Part shown: piece after piece, positions 55,488 to 64,000 of the stretch | Layout of the letters: the number at the start of each line of letters is the position of its first letter | Numbering within the stretch: the stretch's first letter is position 1 | Origin: Acidimicrobiia bacterium | Lineage (GTDB): Bacteria > Actinomycetota > Acidimicrobiia > Spongiisociales > UBA5794 | Direction: 5' to 3' | DNA length: 64,000 nt | Assembly: GCA_036985755.1 (NCBI GenBank) | Contig: BTQG01000001.1 | Coordinates: 17,204-81,203, forward strand | Position numbers and translations under genes: made by a program | The notes under the pieces: generated by a model | What the model saw: the letters and a program-made list of their open reading frames with translations, nothing else | What the model was told of the DNA's origin: nothing | Database searches by the model: none

Positions 55488-55927
55488 CAGGCGTCTGCCT
55501 CTGCCTGGTTCTTCAAGCCGCGCAGCGCGGTGCCGACGATTTGCTTCTCGGCCTGCCGGCGGAGGAATCCGGGGACCTTGAACGTGGGCTCCACTCTCAG
55601 TGCGTAGACGACCTCGGTGCCCGCGCCGTTATCGAGGGCATTGAACTGATAACTTCCCTCGAGCACGGTGATGTCGGTGTTGGGACGAGCCGACCAGGCA
55701 AATCCGTTGTCCTGGTCGAAGTCGTACTCGAGGGTGTACGCGATCTCCTTGATCATCCCGTCGACCGTGAAGTCGGCGACGATCGGGCGACCCTGATCGT
55801 CCACCTCCGTGACCTGGGCGGACCTCACCCCTTTCGCCCAGTCCGGGTACGCCTCGAGGTCGATCGCAATCTCATAGATGCGTTGCGGATCGGCGGATAC
55901 CTCGATCGATTGGACCGTGCCCTCCAT
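55487..55927 (-). CDS. SRPBCC (START/cyclase-dehydrase-like) family protein
   Basis: 146 aa; SIEVSADPQRIYEIAIDLEAYPDWAKGV typical of the polyketide_cyc2/SRPBCC fold; TGATG overlap with the ArsA-like start. Confidence 0.8.
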   Translation of the reverse strand: MEGTVQSIEVSADPQRIYEIAIDLEAYPDWAKGVRSAQVTEVDDQGRPIVADFTVDGMIKEIAYTLEYDFDQDNGFAWSARPNTDITVLEGSYQFNALDNGAGTEVVYALRVEPTFKVPGFLRRQAEKQIVGTALRGLKNQAEADA

Positions 55928-56012
55928 CGCAACTCCTTCGATTCCCCGTGCCTTTCACCAAGGGTAGCGGCCTACCAGCTACCAGCCACGCGCCGTAGGC
56001 GATGGGACGGAG

Positions 56013-56738
56013 TCAGCGTGTGGTCGCGACAATATGGTCCAGCTTCAACTCATACCCGACCTCCGCCGCCGGATCCGGGTGCGCCGAGCGAAAGGCGGCG
56101 ATGCCGGTTCCCAGCTCGCTCTCATCGAGGAGTTGTAGGGTCGAGATGTACCCTGCCTCAACGGCGGCGACCCACTCCCCCGCCGTTGGCGCCATGTGTT
56201 CGATCACCGTCGTGCGGCTGACTTCGCCGGTGGCCTTTCGCAGGTGGCTCTGGACTGCCGGGGACTCAGGGAAGCGGGCGGCGTCGACGGCAGCAACGCT
56301 GGGAAACCAGCGCGCCAACATCGACGTCGCATGGTGATCGGGTGCCAGCGTCCAGATCTCGATCCTGCCACCTGGTTTCGTCGCCCTCACCGCCTCATCG
56401 ACCGCCGGCGCCCAGTCCCCGTAGTGAAGCGACAGGTGGAACCAGACGAGATCGAATGAGTTGTCCCGAAACGGCAGCGCCTGGGACACCCCGCGCACGA
56501 CCGTGATCCCGCGCTCGACCGCCGGACGGGTCATTTCCTCCGCAGGATCGAGCACCACCGGGCGGTGTCCCAGCTCCCTCCACACTGCGGCGTGATGCCC
56601 TGGACCGCCACCGACGTCCAGGATCGCCGAACCAGAGTGGAGGTCGTTCCCTGCTGCGCGGGCCCGCTCCAGCGAGGCATCCGAGGGCGGCCGATGCCGA
56701 TACCCTGCGGCAAGCCGATCCAGGTCGACTTCAGCCAT
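56013..56738 (-). CDS. Class I SAM-dependent methyltransferase
   Basis: Motif I ILDVGGGPGHH; post-I acidic VLDPAEEM. Confidence 0.85.
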   Translation of the reverse strand: MAEVDLDRLAAGYRHRPPSDASLERARAAGNDLHSGSAILDVGGGPGHHAAVWRELGHRPVVLDPAEEMTRPAVERGITVVRGVSQALPFRDNSFDLVWFHLSLHYGDWAPAVDEAVRATKPGGRIEIWTLAPDHHATSMLARWFPSVAAVDAARFPESPAVQSHLRKATGEVSRTTVIEHMAPTAGEWVAAVEAGYISTLQLLDESELGTGIAAFRSAHPDPAAEVGYELKLDHIVATTR

Positions 56739-57483
56739 GCCTGGTGGCGCGCCCGGTGGCCCGGAAGTATCCGAGGTTGCTGCTCACCGTGCTCCCGATC
56801 CGCCACGTCGTGGCTCGAGGCTGGTGGATATCGCCGAAGTAGTGGAAGGGCGGCTGGTGGGTCTTGACATAGTCCAGGATGGCTTGGGATCCCTTTTCCG
56901 TGCCGCCGATGACATCGCTGGCTAGGGCAGGGATCGCCGGTGGCACATGGGTGCAGAGCACATCGACCGGCCCCAACCCGGCCAGCTTCTCCGCCATCTC
57001 ATCTTCGGTGACCTCGCCCGGCGTCCCGATCCGAACATTGCCACCGCCGGCGAAGCCGACGGCCAGCCCTTCGATGTCGATGATCTCGGCGTCGACGAAA
57101 CGGGCAGAAGCCGGCAAGTGATCGGCGAGCATGTCGGGTCGGTCGACGTTGCCGTAGGTGACATACGCCTCGGCGCCGTCGAGGGCGGCACAGATCTCGC
57201 GATAGGCCGCCGCGATCGCCTCGTCGTACTGCAGCCTCAGCTCGTTCTCACGACCCCGAGCGTGCTCTCGCCACATGGCGGTGGCTTCTTCGGTCCGCCT
57301 TTCGGCCCGCAGCGCCACGAATCGCTCGGCGAGATCATGGCCCGAGACGTCGGCGATGATGCCGCTTCGTGTTCGATAGTCGATGAAGTTGATCAGATCG
57401 CCGAGCACCAGCAGGGGCTCGCCGCGCGAGGCGACCCTGGTCAGGGCGTCTACGGCGCCGTGGACGTCGGCAACGAGCAGCAT
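56731..57483 (-). CDS. Metallophosphoesterase
   Basis: Start re-picked at ATG 57483 (MLLVADVHG); GDLINF, YGNVD, CTHVPP motifs; TGATG overlap with the upstream ORF. Confidence 0.8.
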   Translation of the reverse strand: MLLVADVHGAVDALTRVASRGEPLLVLGDLINFIDYRTRSGIIADVSGHDLAERFVALRAERRTEEATAMWREHARGRENELRLQYDEAIAAAYREICAALDGAEAYVTYGNVDRPDMLADHLPASARFVDAEIIDIEGLAVGFAGGGNVRIGTPGEVTEDEMAEKLAGLGPVDVLCTHVPPAIPALASDVIGGTEKGSQAILDYVKTHQPPFHYFGDIHQPRATTWRIGSTVSSNLGYFRATGRATRHG

Positions 57484-57770
57484 CAGCCCTGTGCTGGGGC
57501 GAACACCCGTGCCACGGCTGCCAGCGCCGCACCTCCGACGAGGGCGGCTGCGGTGGCGAGTACCGGGCTCCAGCCGGCGAAGGTCGCCGACATTCCGGCC
57601 ATGCCGAATCCGACTGCAGCCGCAACAAGCAACCGTCCTTTCTCGCCGAATCGTTGTTCCGGATCTGCAAATTCCCAGCCGTCGACCCAGGCGGCGACGG
57701 CCACACTGCCGATCCACACCAGCAGCGCAAGAAAACCGAGGGCGAGTGTGGTGGCGTAGATCCAGACCAT
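57483..57770 (-). CDS. Small membrane protein (95 aa), unknown function
   Basis: Start re-picked at ATG 57770, 4 nt after the queG stop; three hydrophobic segments. Confidence 0.5.
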   Translation of the reverse strand: MVWIYATTLALGFLALLVWIGSVAVAAWVDGWEFADPEQRFGEKGRLLVAAAVGFGMAGMSATFAGWSPVLATAAALVGGAALAAVARVFAPAQG

Positions 57771-57774
57771 GAGG

Positions 57775-58860
57775 TCAGCGTAGACCGATAGCCAGCCCCA
57801 GCTCGGCACGGACCCTGGCATCGCTCTCGTCGGCGCGCGCCGCCTCCAGCGCGGCGTCGGTAACGCTGCCGGCAAACCGCGCTGCGGCCCAGGCTGCATG
57901 GGCCCGCAGCAGCCAGTCGGGATGGCCGAGGTAGCCGATCACGACATTGCGCAGCTGGGGCGAGCCATCGTTTCCTGCCACCACCAGGGCGTTGCGCCTC
58001 AGGATCCGGGGTCGGCGGCCGGGAAGGTAGAAGTGGCCGTACCGCCGCAGCAGGGTCTGGTCGTCGGTGCCGAGTATGTCGAGGATCTGCGGGCGCAGCG
58101 GTAGGTCGATGCTCTGCTCCAGCACCCGATGCCCGGGAGGGCAGGCGGTGAGGCAGTCGTCGCAGCCGTACAGCCGGTCGCCTACCGCTTCTCTGAGCTC
58201 CTCAGGGATCACCCCTGCACGCTGTAACCAGTAGGCCAGGCAGCGGTTGGCGTCGAGCACTCCCGGCGCCGCGATGGCCCCGGTCGGGCACGCCGGCATG
58301 CAGGCAACACAGGTGCCGCAGGAGCGCCGCATCGGTTCGTCGACGGGCAATTCGGCGTCGGTGAGGACCGAGCCGAGCAACACCCATGGCCCGGACCCTG
58401 GAACCAGGACCATCGTGCTCTTGCCCCACCACCCGATCCCGGCACGAACCGCGGCGGCGCGATCGACCAATCGCGAGTCGTCGGCGAACACGGCACAACG
58501 GTGCCCCTGTTCATGGAGAGCCGCTGCGATCGCGTCGAGGGCGCTTCGCAACCCGACATAGTGATCGGTCTCCGCGAACCGGGCGATCCGCATCGTCCCC
58601 GGTTCGGTGGAGTCGAGCTCGGCGGTGCCCGGCACGTAGGGATGGGCAACCGCAACGATGCGCTCCGCCCACGGATGGGTTCTGCGCACATCGGTCGCCA
58701 CGCCGGTGTCGGTGTAGGTGAATGGCAGGTCGGCGCTCAGCCCGTCGGCTCTGCGGGTTTCCATGGTCCTGGCAACGTCATCGAATCCGTCGGCCGTCGT
58801 CACCCCGAAGCCGACGCAGCCGTGGCTCTTCGCAATCTCGTCGAGGCGCTGCCGCAACAC
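57775..58860 (-). CDS. queG: Epoxyqueuosine reductase
   Basis: Two 4Fe-4S motifs CGTCVACMPACPTGA and CDDCLTACPPG; C-terminal HEAT-like repeats. Confidence 0.9.
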   Translation of the reverse strand: MLRQRLDEIAKSHGCVGFGVTTADGFDDVARTMETRRADGLSADLPFTYTDTGVATDVRRTHPWAERIVAVAHPYVPGTAELDSTEPGTMRIARFAETDHYVGLRSALDAIAAALHEQGHRCAVFADDSRLVDRAAAVRAGIGWWGKSTMVLVPGSGPWVLLGSVLTDAELPVDEPMRRSCGTCVACMPACPTGAIAAPGVLDANRCLAYWLQRAGVIPEELREAVGDRLYGCDDCLTACPPGHRVLEQSIDLPLRPQILDILGTDDQTLLRRYGHFYLPGRRPRILRRNALVVAGNDGSPQLRNVVIGYLGHPDWLLRAHAAWAAARFAGSVTDAALEAARADESDARVRAELGLAIGLR

Positions 58861-58875
58861 GCCCGAACCTTACGG

Positions 58876-59082
58876 CTAGCCGGTAGCCGCGTCCCGGTCG
58901 GGGTGGCGTGGCACCAGGCGCAGCGGGGCAACCAGACCGGCATCCGATAGGTTGCGCAGCGCCGCTTCCTCGGTGGCGCCGACCTCGATCCTGCCGCTGG
59001 TGCCGGCGAGCAGCACCGGAACGATGCAGTCGGCACACGCCGACGTGCCATCCATCACACACGTGTCACAGTCGATGATCAT
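58876..59082 (-). CDS. Small 4-Cys (CxxC...CxxC) protein, unknown function
   Basis: Start re-picked at ATG 59082 behind GGAGGAGG; [19 protein letters not shown]; 68 aa; 15 nt upstream of queG. Confidence 0.55.
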   Translation of the reverse strand: MIIDCDTCVMDGTSACADCIVPVLLAGTSGRIEVGATEEAALRNLSDAGLVAPLRLVPRHPDRDAATG

Positions 59083-59125
59083 TCGTCCTCCTCCATGTCC
59101 ACCGTAGGGATGGGGTATGACAAGA

Positions 59126-59190
59126 AGTCGCAAGTCGCAAGACACGAGTCCTCCTTTTGTCGAGGAACTGGGGACTGGGGACCGGGAACT
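59126..59190. repeat. Second AGTCGCAAGTCGCAAG locus plus ACYGGGR heptamers in a divergent promoter region
   Basis: AGTCGCAAGTCGCAAG at 59126-59141 (same 16-mer as in the mraZ-rsmH spacer); ACTGGGG ACTGGGG ACCGGGA at 59167-59187. Confidence 0.9.
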
Positions 59191-59205
59191 CGTTACCCTC
59201 GGTCC

Positions 59206-60240
59206 ATGCGACTCGGAATCAACCTCGGATACTGGGGCACGGCGGTCGCTGAGGATTCGAGCATCATCACCGAAGTCGAGAAGCTCGGTTACGACTCGGT
59301 GTGGACCGCAGAGGCCTACGGCGCCGATGCGTTGACACCGCTGGCGTTTCTGGCCGCTCGCACCGAAACGATCAAACTCGGTGCGGGCATCATGCAGATG
59401 CCGGCACGGTCGCCGGCGATGACCGCCATGACCGCCGCCACCATCGACCAGATGTCGAACGGCCGGTTCCTGCTCGGCCTCGGCGTGTCAGGGCCCCAGG
59501 TCGTCGAGGGCTGGCACGGCCGGCCCTACGGCAAGCCGCTCGGGCTCACTCGCGAATACGTCACCATCGTGCGCAAGGCGCTCGCCCGCGACGAGCCGGT
59601 GACCTTCGACGGCGAGCACTACCAGATCCCGTATCGAGGCGAGGGGGCAACGGGGCTGGGAAAGCCGCTGAAGCTGATGCTGAAGCCGAAGAACCCGCAG
59701 CTCCCCATCTACCTGGCCGCCATCGGACCGAAGAACGTTCGGCTCACCGCAGAGATCGCCGACGGTTGGCTGCCAATCTTCTACTCGCCGGAGCGGGCCG
59801 AAGCCATCTACGCGCCGCTGCTCGCCGAGGGCTTCGGGTATTCCGGAGAGTCGGAAAAGGCCAAGAGATTCGACATCGCCGCCTCGGTATTCGCCTCGGT
59901 CACCGACGACCTCGACCGGGCAAGGCTCGAGGCCAAACCCGTGCTGGCGCTGTACATCGGGGGAATGGGCGCTAGGGGGAAGAACTTCTACAACGATCTG
60001 GCGGGGCGCTACGGCTACGAAGAGGCTGCACACCAGATCCAGGAGCTGTACCTGGAGGGCAAGAAGATGGAGGCGCTGCGAGCGGTTCCCGACGAGCTCG
60101 TCGATGAGCTCAGCCTCATCGGGAGCAAGGAGCGAATCGCCGATCGCCTCGACGTCTGGAAACAAGCCGGGGTCACCACCTTGATCCTCAACACCACGAA
60201 CCCAAAGACGCTGCGAACCCTGGCCGAACTCGTCCTGTAG
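59206..60240 (+). CDS. Luciferase-like monooxygenase family oxidoreductase (probably F420-dependent)
   Basis: Start re-picked at ATG 59206 ([11 protein letters not shown]); [32 protein letters not shown]. Confidence 0.85.
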   Translation: MRLGINLGYWGTAVAEDSSIITEVEKLGYDSVWTAEAYGADALTPLAFLAARTETIKLGAGIMQMPARSPAMTAMTAATIDQMSNGRFLLGLGVSGPQVVEGWHGRPYGKPLGLTREYVTIVRKALARDEPVTFDGEHYQIPYRGEGATGLGKPLKLMLKPKNPQLPIYLAAIGPKNVRLTAEIADGWLPIFYSPERAEAIYAPLLAEGFGYSGESEKAKRFDIAASVFASVTDDLDRARLEAKPVLALYIGGMGARGKNFYNDLAGRYGYEEAAHQIQELYLEGKKMEALRAVPDELVDELSLIGSKERIADRLDVWKQAGVTTLILNTTNPKTLRTLAELVL

Positions 60241-60279
60241 CAGCCCTCCGTTACCGCCGGCCGGGCGTAGGCTCCGCCG

Positions 60280-61773
60280 ATGCGCCGGAGGCAGATGTAC
60301 GCGTCCTTTGTTGTGCTCGCTCTCGTCGCCGTGGCGTGCGGCCCGACGACCACCACCACCACCACCACCACAAACACGACGCTACCTCCAACGTCGGCCA
60401 CGCCCACAACCACCACTACCGCGACCACCGCGACCACAGCGGCGCCGGTTTCGACGGTGGGGGCGGCCGGCATCGGCGACGACTACTACCCGACGCTGGG
60501 CAACGGCGGTTACGACGTCGAGCATTACGAGCTCGATCTGTTCTACGACCCCGACGAGAACATGCTCGACGCCGCCGTCATCCTCACCGCCGTCGCCACC
60601 CAGGATCTGACCGCGTTCAACCTCGACTTCGCAGGATTCGACATCGTCGACCTGCGCGTCGGCGACCTGCCGGCCACCTTCGAGCGCAATGCGGGCGAGC
60701 TGACCATCACCCCGAAGATTCCGATTGCCGCCGGCGAGCGGTTCGACGTCACCGTTGCCTACGCCGGCAATCCTGGACCAGCTGCGTCGGCGGCCTTCCC
60801 CAACCTCGCCACCGGGTGGCAAGAAGGACCGGATGGCGAGCAATACGTCATTGCCGAGCCGGATACCGCCCACACCTGGTTCCCGTCCAACGATCATCCT
60901 CTGGACAAGGCCACCTTCTCCTTCTTTGTCACCGTCCCCGATGGTTATGCCGTCGCCGTCACCGGGGAGTTCCTCGGCACCGAATTGGGACACCGGACCG
61001 GGGAAACGCTCACCTACGCCTGGGAGATGTCGACACCGATGGCGCCCTACCTGGCGACGATCGTCATCGGTGAGGGTTACCAGCTCGTCGACGACCCGGT
61101 GTCGACCGAGGCGGCGGGGATTCCCATCCGCAACTTCCTTCCCCCCGATCTGGTTGCCAACCCACCCGACGCCCTGGATGACACCGGCGAGATGCTCACC
61201 GCCCTCGAACAGGCCTTCGGACCATATCCGTTCGATCGCTACGGCATAGCGGTGGTCGGGGGGTTCCCGGCTGCCCTGGAGAACCAGACGCTTTCGGTGT
61301 TCGGCCGCTCGATGGTCGAAGCTCCCTTCTTCGAGTTCGTCCTGGTCCATGAGTTGGCCCATCAGTGGTTCGGCAACTCGGTGTCGGTCGCCCAGTGGAG
61401 CGACATCTGGCTCACCGAAGGGTTTGCGACCTACTCCGAGTTGGTGTGGATCGAACATCGCCAGGGCCGAGCCGCCTACGACCGGGTCGTCGCCGACCGT
61501 CGCCGGGCGGCGACGACCGCAGGGTATCCGCCACCCGGCCTCCCGCCCCCGAGCAACCTGTTCAACGGTGGCGTCTACCAACTGGGCGGGCTGCTGCTCG
61601 TCGACCTCCGCGATGAAATCGGTGACGATGCGTTTTTCACCTTGCTCAGAACCTACGCCGCCGAGTTCGCCGACGGCAACGCCACCACAGAAGATTTCAT
61701 CGCCCTTGCCGAGGACATCTCGGGCCAGGACCTCGACGAGTTCTTCCAGGTCCGGCTCTACGAGCCGCTGTGA
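60280..61773 (+). CDS. M1-family zinc metallopeptidase lipoprotein with Thr-rich linker
   Basis: Signal/lipobox LVAVAC; Thr-rich tract; HEXXH-18-E (VHELAHQWFGN ... WLTEGFATY). Confidence 0.9.
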   Translation: MRRRQMYASFVVLALVAVACGPTTTTTTTTTNTTLPPTSATPTTTTTATTATTAAPVSTVGAAGIGDDYYPTLGNGGYDVEHYELDLFYDPDENMLDAAVILTAVATQDLTAFNLDFAGFDIVDLRVGDLPATFERNAGELTITPKIPIAAGERFDVTVAYAGNPGPAASAAFPNLATGWQEGPDGEQYVIAEPDTAHTWFPSNDHPLDKATFSFFVTVPDGYAVAVTGEFLGTELGHRTGETLTYAWEMSTPMAPYLATIVIGEGYQLVDDPVSTEAAGIPIRNFLPPDLVANPPDALDDTGEMLTALEQAFGPYPFDRYGIAVVGGFPAALENQTLSVFGRSMVEAPFFEFVLVHELAHQWFGNSVSVAQWSDIWLTEGFATYSELVWIEHRQGRAAYDRVVADRRRAATTAGYPPPGLPPPSNLFNGGVYQLGGLLLVDLRDEIGDDAFFTLLRTYAAEFADGNATTEDFIALAEDISGQDLDEFFQVRLYEPL

Positions 61774-61814
61774 ACAGGCCTTATCCCGGCCGTCCAGCGA
61801 CCTAAGGTGAGATC

Positions 61815-62636
61815 GTGATGGAGCAAGCTGCCAAAGCTGCACACTTCCTCGAGCTTCACCACCGCGACACGCCCTTGCTGCTTCCAAACCCGTGGGATCC
61901 GGGTTCCGCCAAACTCTTCGCATCGATCGGGTTCCAGGCGCTGGCTACGACGAGCTCAGGGCACGCCGCCACCCTCGGCCGCCTCGATGGAGGGGTAACC
62001 AGAGACGAGGCGCTCGGTCACGCCGCCATCATCGTGACGGCTACTGCTCTCCCGGTGAGCGCCGACCTCGAGAAGGGTTTTGCCGATGATCCTGCTGGCG
62101 TTGCCGAAACGGTGCGCCGCGCCGTTGAAGTGGGGCTGGCCGGTTGCTCAATAGAGGATTTCACCGCTCGAGAGGACGCACCGATCTACGATGCCGAGCT
62201 CGCCGCCGACCGGGTTGCGGCGGCGGCTGAGGCTGCTCACGCCGGTCCGGTCCACCTCACGCTCACTGCTCGAACCGAGAACTATCTACACGGCCGTCCC
62301 GATCTGGCCGACACCATCGCCCGGCTGCGGTCGTTTCAGGAGATGGGAGCAGACGTCCTGTACGCGCCGGGCCTCACCGAGGTGGGCGACATCCGGGCTG
62401 TGGTGGAAGCCGTCGATCTCCCGGTCAACGTGCTCGCACTTCCCGGGGCTCCCAACGTCCAGGAGCTCGCCGCAGTCGGAGTGAAGCGGATCTCGGTTGG
62501 CAGCGGTTTCAGCCTCGTCGGCCTGGCGGCGATCGCCGAGGCGGCGAGCGAGTTCCTCAACGAGGGAACGTACCGTTTCTGGCAAACGGCCGCTGCCGGT
62601 GTCGAAGCTCGTGACACCGCCTTTTCTCAATCGTGA
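61815..62636 (+). CDS. Isocitrate lyase/PEP mutase superfamily protein (2-methylisocitrate-lyase-like)
   Basis: LLLPNPWDPGSAKLFASIGFQALATTSSG, SADLEKGF, GCSIEDF motifs. Confidence 0.85.
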   Translation: MMEQAAKAAHFLELHHRDTPLLLPNPWDPGSAKLFASIGFQALATTSSGHAATLGRLDGGVTRDEALGHAAIIVTATALPVSADLEKGFADDPAGVAETVRRAVEVGLAGCSIEDFTAREDAPIYDAELAADRVAAAAEAAHAGPVHLTLTARTENYLHGRPDLADTIARLRSFQEMGADVLYAPGLTEVGDIRAVVEAVDLPVNVLALPGAPNVQELAAVGVKRISVGSGFSLVGLAAIAEAASEFLNEGTYRFWQTAAAGVEARDTAFSQS

Positions 62637-62728
62637 CCGCCGGCGAGGCCGACATCGTGCCTCACCCCCCGAAATCGCCCGTCGATGACCGGCGGCTGGA
62701 TGACCGGCCACCGCTACCGTCACCTGCC

Positions 62729-64000
62729 ATGACGGACCAAGCAGACATCGGCCTCATCGGGCTCGGCGTGATGGGAAGAAACCTCGTCCTCAACATGGAC
62801 GAGCACGGCTACCGCGTCGCCGTGTTCAATCGGACCACCGAACGTGTCGACGACTTTCTTGCCGGCGAAGCGGCGGGAACCAAGGTGATCGGAACTCACT
62901 CTGTCGAGGACCTCGTCGCCGCCCTGGGGCGGCCGCGCAAGGTCTTGTTGATGATCCCCGCAGGCAAGGCGGTCGAAGATCAGATCGATACATTGTTCCC
63001 GATGCTCGACCGCGGCGACATCATCATCGACGGGGGCAACTCTCTGCACAGCGACACCGAGCGACGCGTCCGCGAACTCGCCGAGCACGACATCCACTAT
63101 GTGGGCATGGGTATCTCCGGGGGTGAGGAGGGGGCGCGCCACGGGCCATCGATCATGCCGGGGGGATCAGAGGCTGCCTGGCCCCTGATCAAGGATCTCG
63201 TCCAGGACATAGCCGCCGACGCCGAGGGCGAGGCGTGCGGAGATTGGGTCGGTGGGGGCGGGGCCGGGCATTTCGTCAAGATGATCCACAACGGAATCGA
63301 ATACGGCGACATGCAGGTCATCGCCGAGGCCTACGACGTCATGCGACGGGGACTCGGGATGGCCGCCTCCCAGATGCAGCCGGTGTTTGCCAAATGGAAC
63401 GAGGGGCGCCTCAACTCCTTCCTCATCGAGGTCACCGCCAGGATCCTGGGTGTCGAAGGCGAGGACGAGGTGCCGCTTGTCGACGAGATCCTCGATGCCG
63501 CAGCGCACAAGGGCACCGGCACCTGGACGGTAATTGCCTCGATGGATGAGTCGACCCCGACGACGCTGGTGGCAGAGGCGGTGTACGCCCGGTTCCTCTC
63601 CTCGCTGGTCGAGGAACGCGCCGCAGCCTCCGGGGAGCTCACCGGTCCGCCGAGTGCGATCACCGAGCACGCGGCAGATGTGATCGACGACCTCGAAGAC
63701 GCGGTGTACGCCTCCAAGATCGTTTCCTATACCCAGGGTTTCATGCTCTTCGATGCGGCGCGCGAGACGGCGGGATGGGACCTCGACCTTGGCACGATCG
63801 CTTCGCTATGGCGAGCGGGCTGCATCATCCGGTCGCAGTTCCTCTCCGAGATCACCACCGCCTACCGCATCCGTCCTCACGTCCCCAATCTGCTGCTCGA
63901 TCCGTTCTTCTCGGAGGCAATCACCGCCGCCGAGCCGGGCTGGCGGCGCAGCGTGACCCGCGCCGTGTCGGCAGGAATCCCCGTCCCCGCCTACTCATCG
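62729..64000 (+). CDS. gnd: 6-phosphogluconate dehydrogenase (decarboxylating), 3'-truncated by the window end
   Basis: Not in the ORF track (no stop in window). ATG 62729: MTDQADIGLIGLGVMGRNLVLN, GISGGEEGARHGPSIMPGG, GHFVKMIHNGIEYGDMQ, IWRAGCIIRS. Confidence 0.95.
   Translation, partial: MTDQADIGLIGLGVMGRNLVLNMDEHGYRVAVFNRTTERVDDFLAGEAAGTKVIGTHSVEDLVAALGRPRKVLLMIPAGKAVEDQIDTLFPMLDRGDIIIDGGNSLHSDTERRVRELAEHDIHYVGMGISGGEEGARHGPSIMPGGSEAAWPLIKDLVQDIAADAEGEACGDWVGGGGAGHFVKMIHNGIEYGDMQVIAEAYDVMRRGLGMAASQMQPVFAKWNEGRLNSFLIEVTARILGVEGEDEVPLVDEILDAAAHKGTGTWTVIASMDESTPTTLVAEAVYARFLSSLVEERAAASGELTGPPSAITEHAADVIDDLEDAVYASKIVSYTQGFMLFDAARETAGWDLDLGTIASLWRAGCIIRSQFLSEITTAYRIRPHVPNLLLDPFFSEAITAAEPGWRRSVTRAVSAGIPVPAYSS

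Noticed and set aside
60382-61923. 513-aa minus ORF antisense to the M1 peptidase
   Set aside because: The opposite strand carries HEXXH-18-E and a lipoprotein signal. The antisense product is R/G/V-rich with no motif.
1-64000. rRNA, tRNA, tmRNA, RNase P or other large RNA genes
   Set aside because: The largest non-coding gaps (332, 219, 207, 202 and 194 nt) are accounted for by the T-box leader or by repeat blocks. I saw no cloverleaf-like or rRNA-like sequence by eye. A covariance-model scan was not possible.

Overview
High-GC (by eye about two-thirds G+C, not computed), gene-dense core chromosome of an Actinomycetota-like bacterium. I found no rRNA, tRNA, CRISPR array, transposase or integrase. 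Features left to right:
- (1) Two translationally coupled ArsA/Get3-like ATPases, convergent with dnaE.
- (2) A DUF222-HNH endonuclease divergent from dnaE.
- (3) A minus-strand string: WS/DGAT, rluD, lspA, a DksA/TraR-like gene and DUF167.
- (4) ileS on the plus strand behind a T-box leader.
- (5) A complete 17.5-kb division/cell-wall (dcw) cluster on the minus strand (13996-31495): mraZ-rsmH-ftsL-ftsI-murE-murF-mraY-murD-ftsW-murG-murC-murB-ftsQ-ftsZ-pgeF-yggS-sepF-yggT. Most junctions are 4-nt ATGA/GTGA overlaps.
- (6) A Rossmann protein, a USP, a small HNH protein, two unknowns, then MoxR-DUF58-transglutaminase, a MerR regulator and DUF3040.
- (7) A histidine phosphatase and two membrane proteins.
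- (8) fabD-fabH-fabG-acpP-fabF on the minus strand.
- (9) An adenylate cyclase-STAND-TPR protein.
- (10) Aminotransferase, DUF1232 and a ROK kinase.
- (11) A beta-propeller lipoprotein.
- (12) An SRPBCC / ArsA-HSP20 / small-ORF operon.
- (13) A queG operon.
- (14) An LLM oxidoreductase, an M1 peptidase, a PEP-mutase-family protein and a 5'-partial gnd running off the window.

Many tracked ORFs are antisense shadow ORFs or carry false N-terminal extensions. I re-picked starts using stop/start overlaps, Shine-Dalgarno (SD) sequences and homologous N-termini.

Hunt result: I do not see a self-contained novel multi-gene system such as a defence island. The unexplained signal is mostly non-coding.
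- Almost every sizeable intergenic gap holds short-period (7, 8, 11, 16 or 40 nt) tandem repeats made of related AGTC/GACT words, often followed by inverted copies. The 12-mer GACTGAAGACTC occurs six times, all in intergenic DNA.
- The mraZ-rsmH spacer has ten CGCAAGW heptamers plus a 15-bp perfect stem abutting the rsmH ATG.
- Upstream of mraZ, five GTGG boxes sit at exact 10-bp phasing over a TTGACA-17-CATAGT promoter.
- The best protein-level candidates are the translationally coupled SRPBCC / ArsA(HSP20) / 61-aa acidic ORF operon (one of three ArsA paralogues here) and the unknown gene pair at 33717-34581.

All family assignments come from motif recognition by eye. No database search was run.
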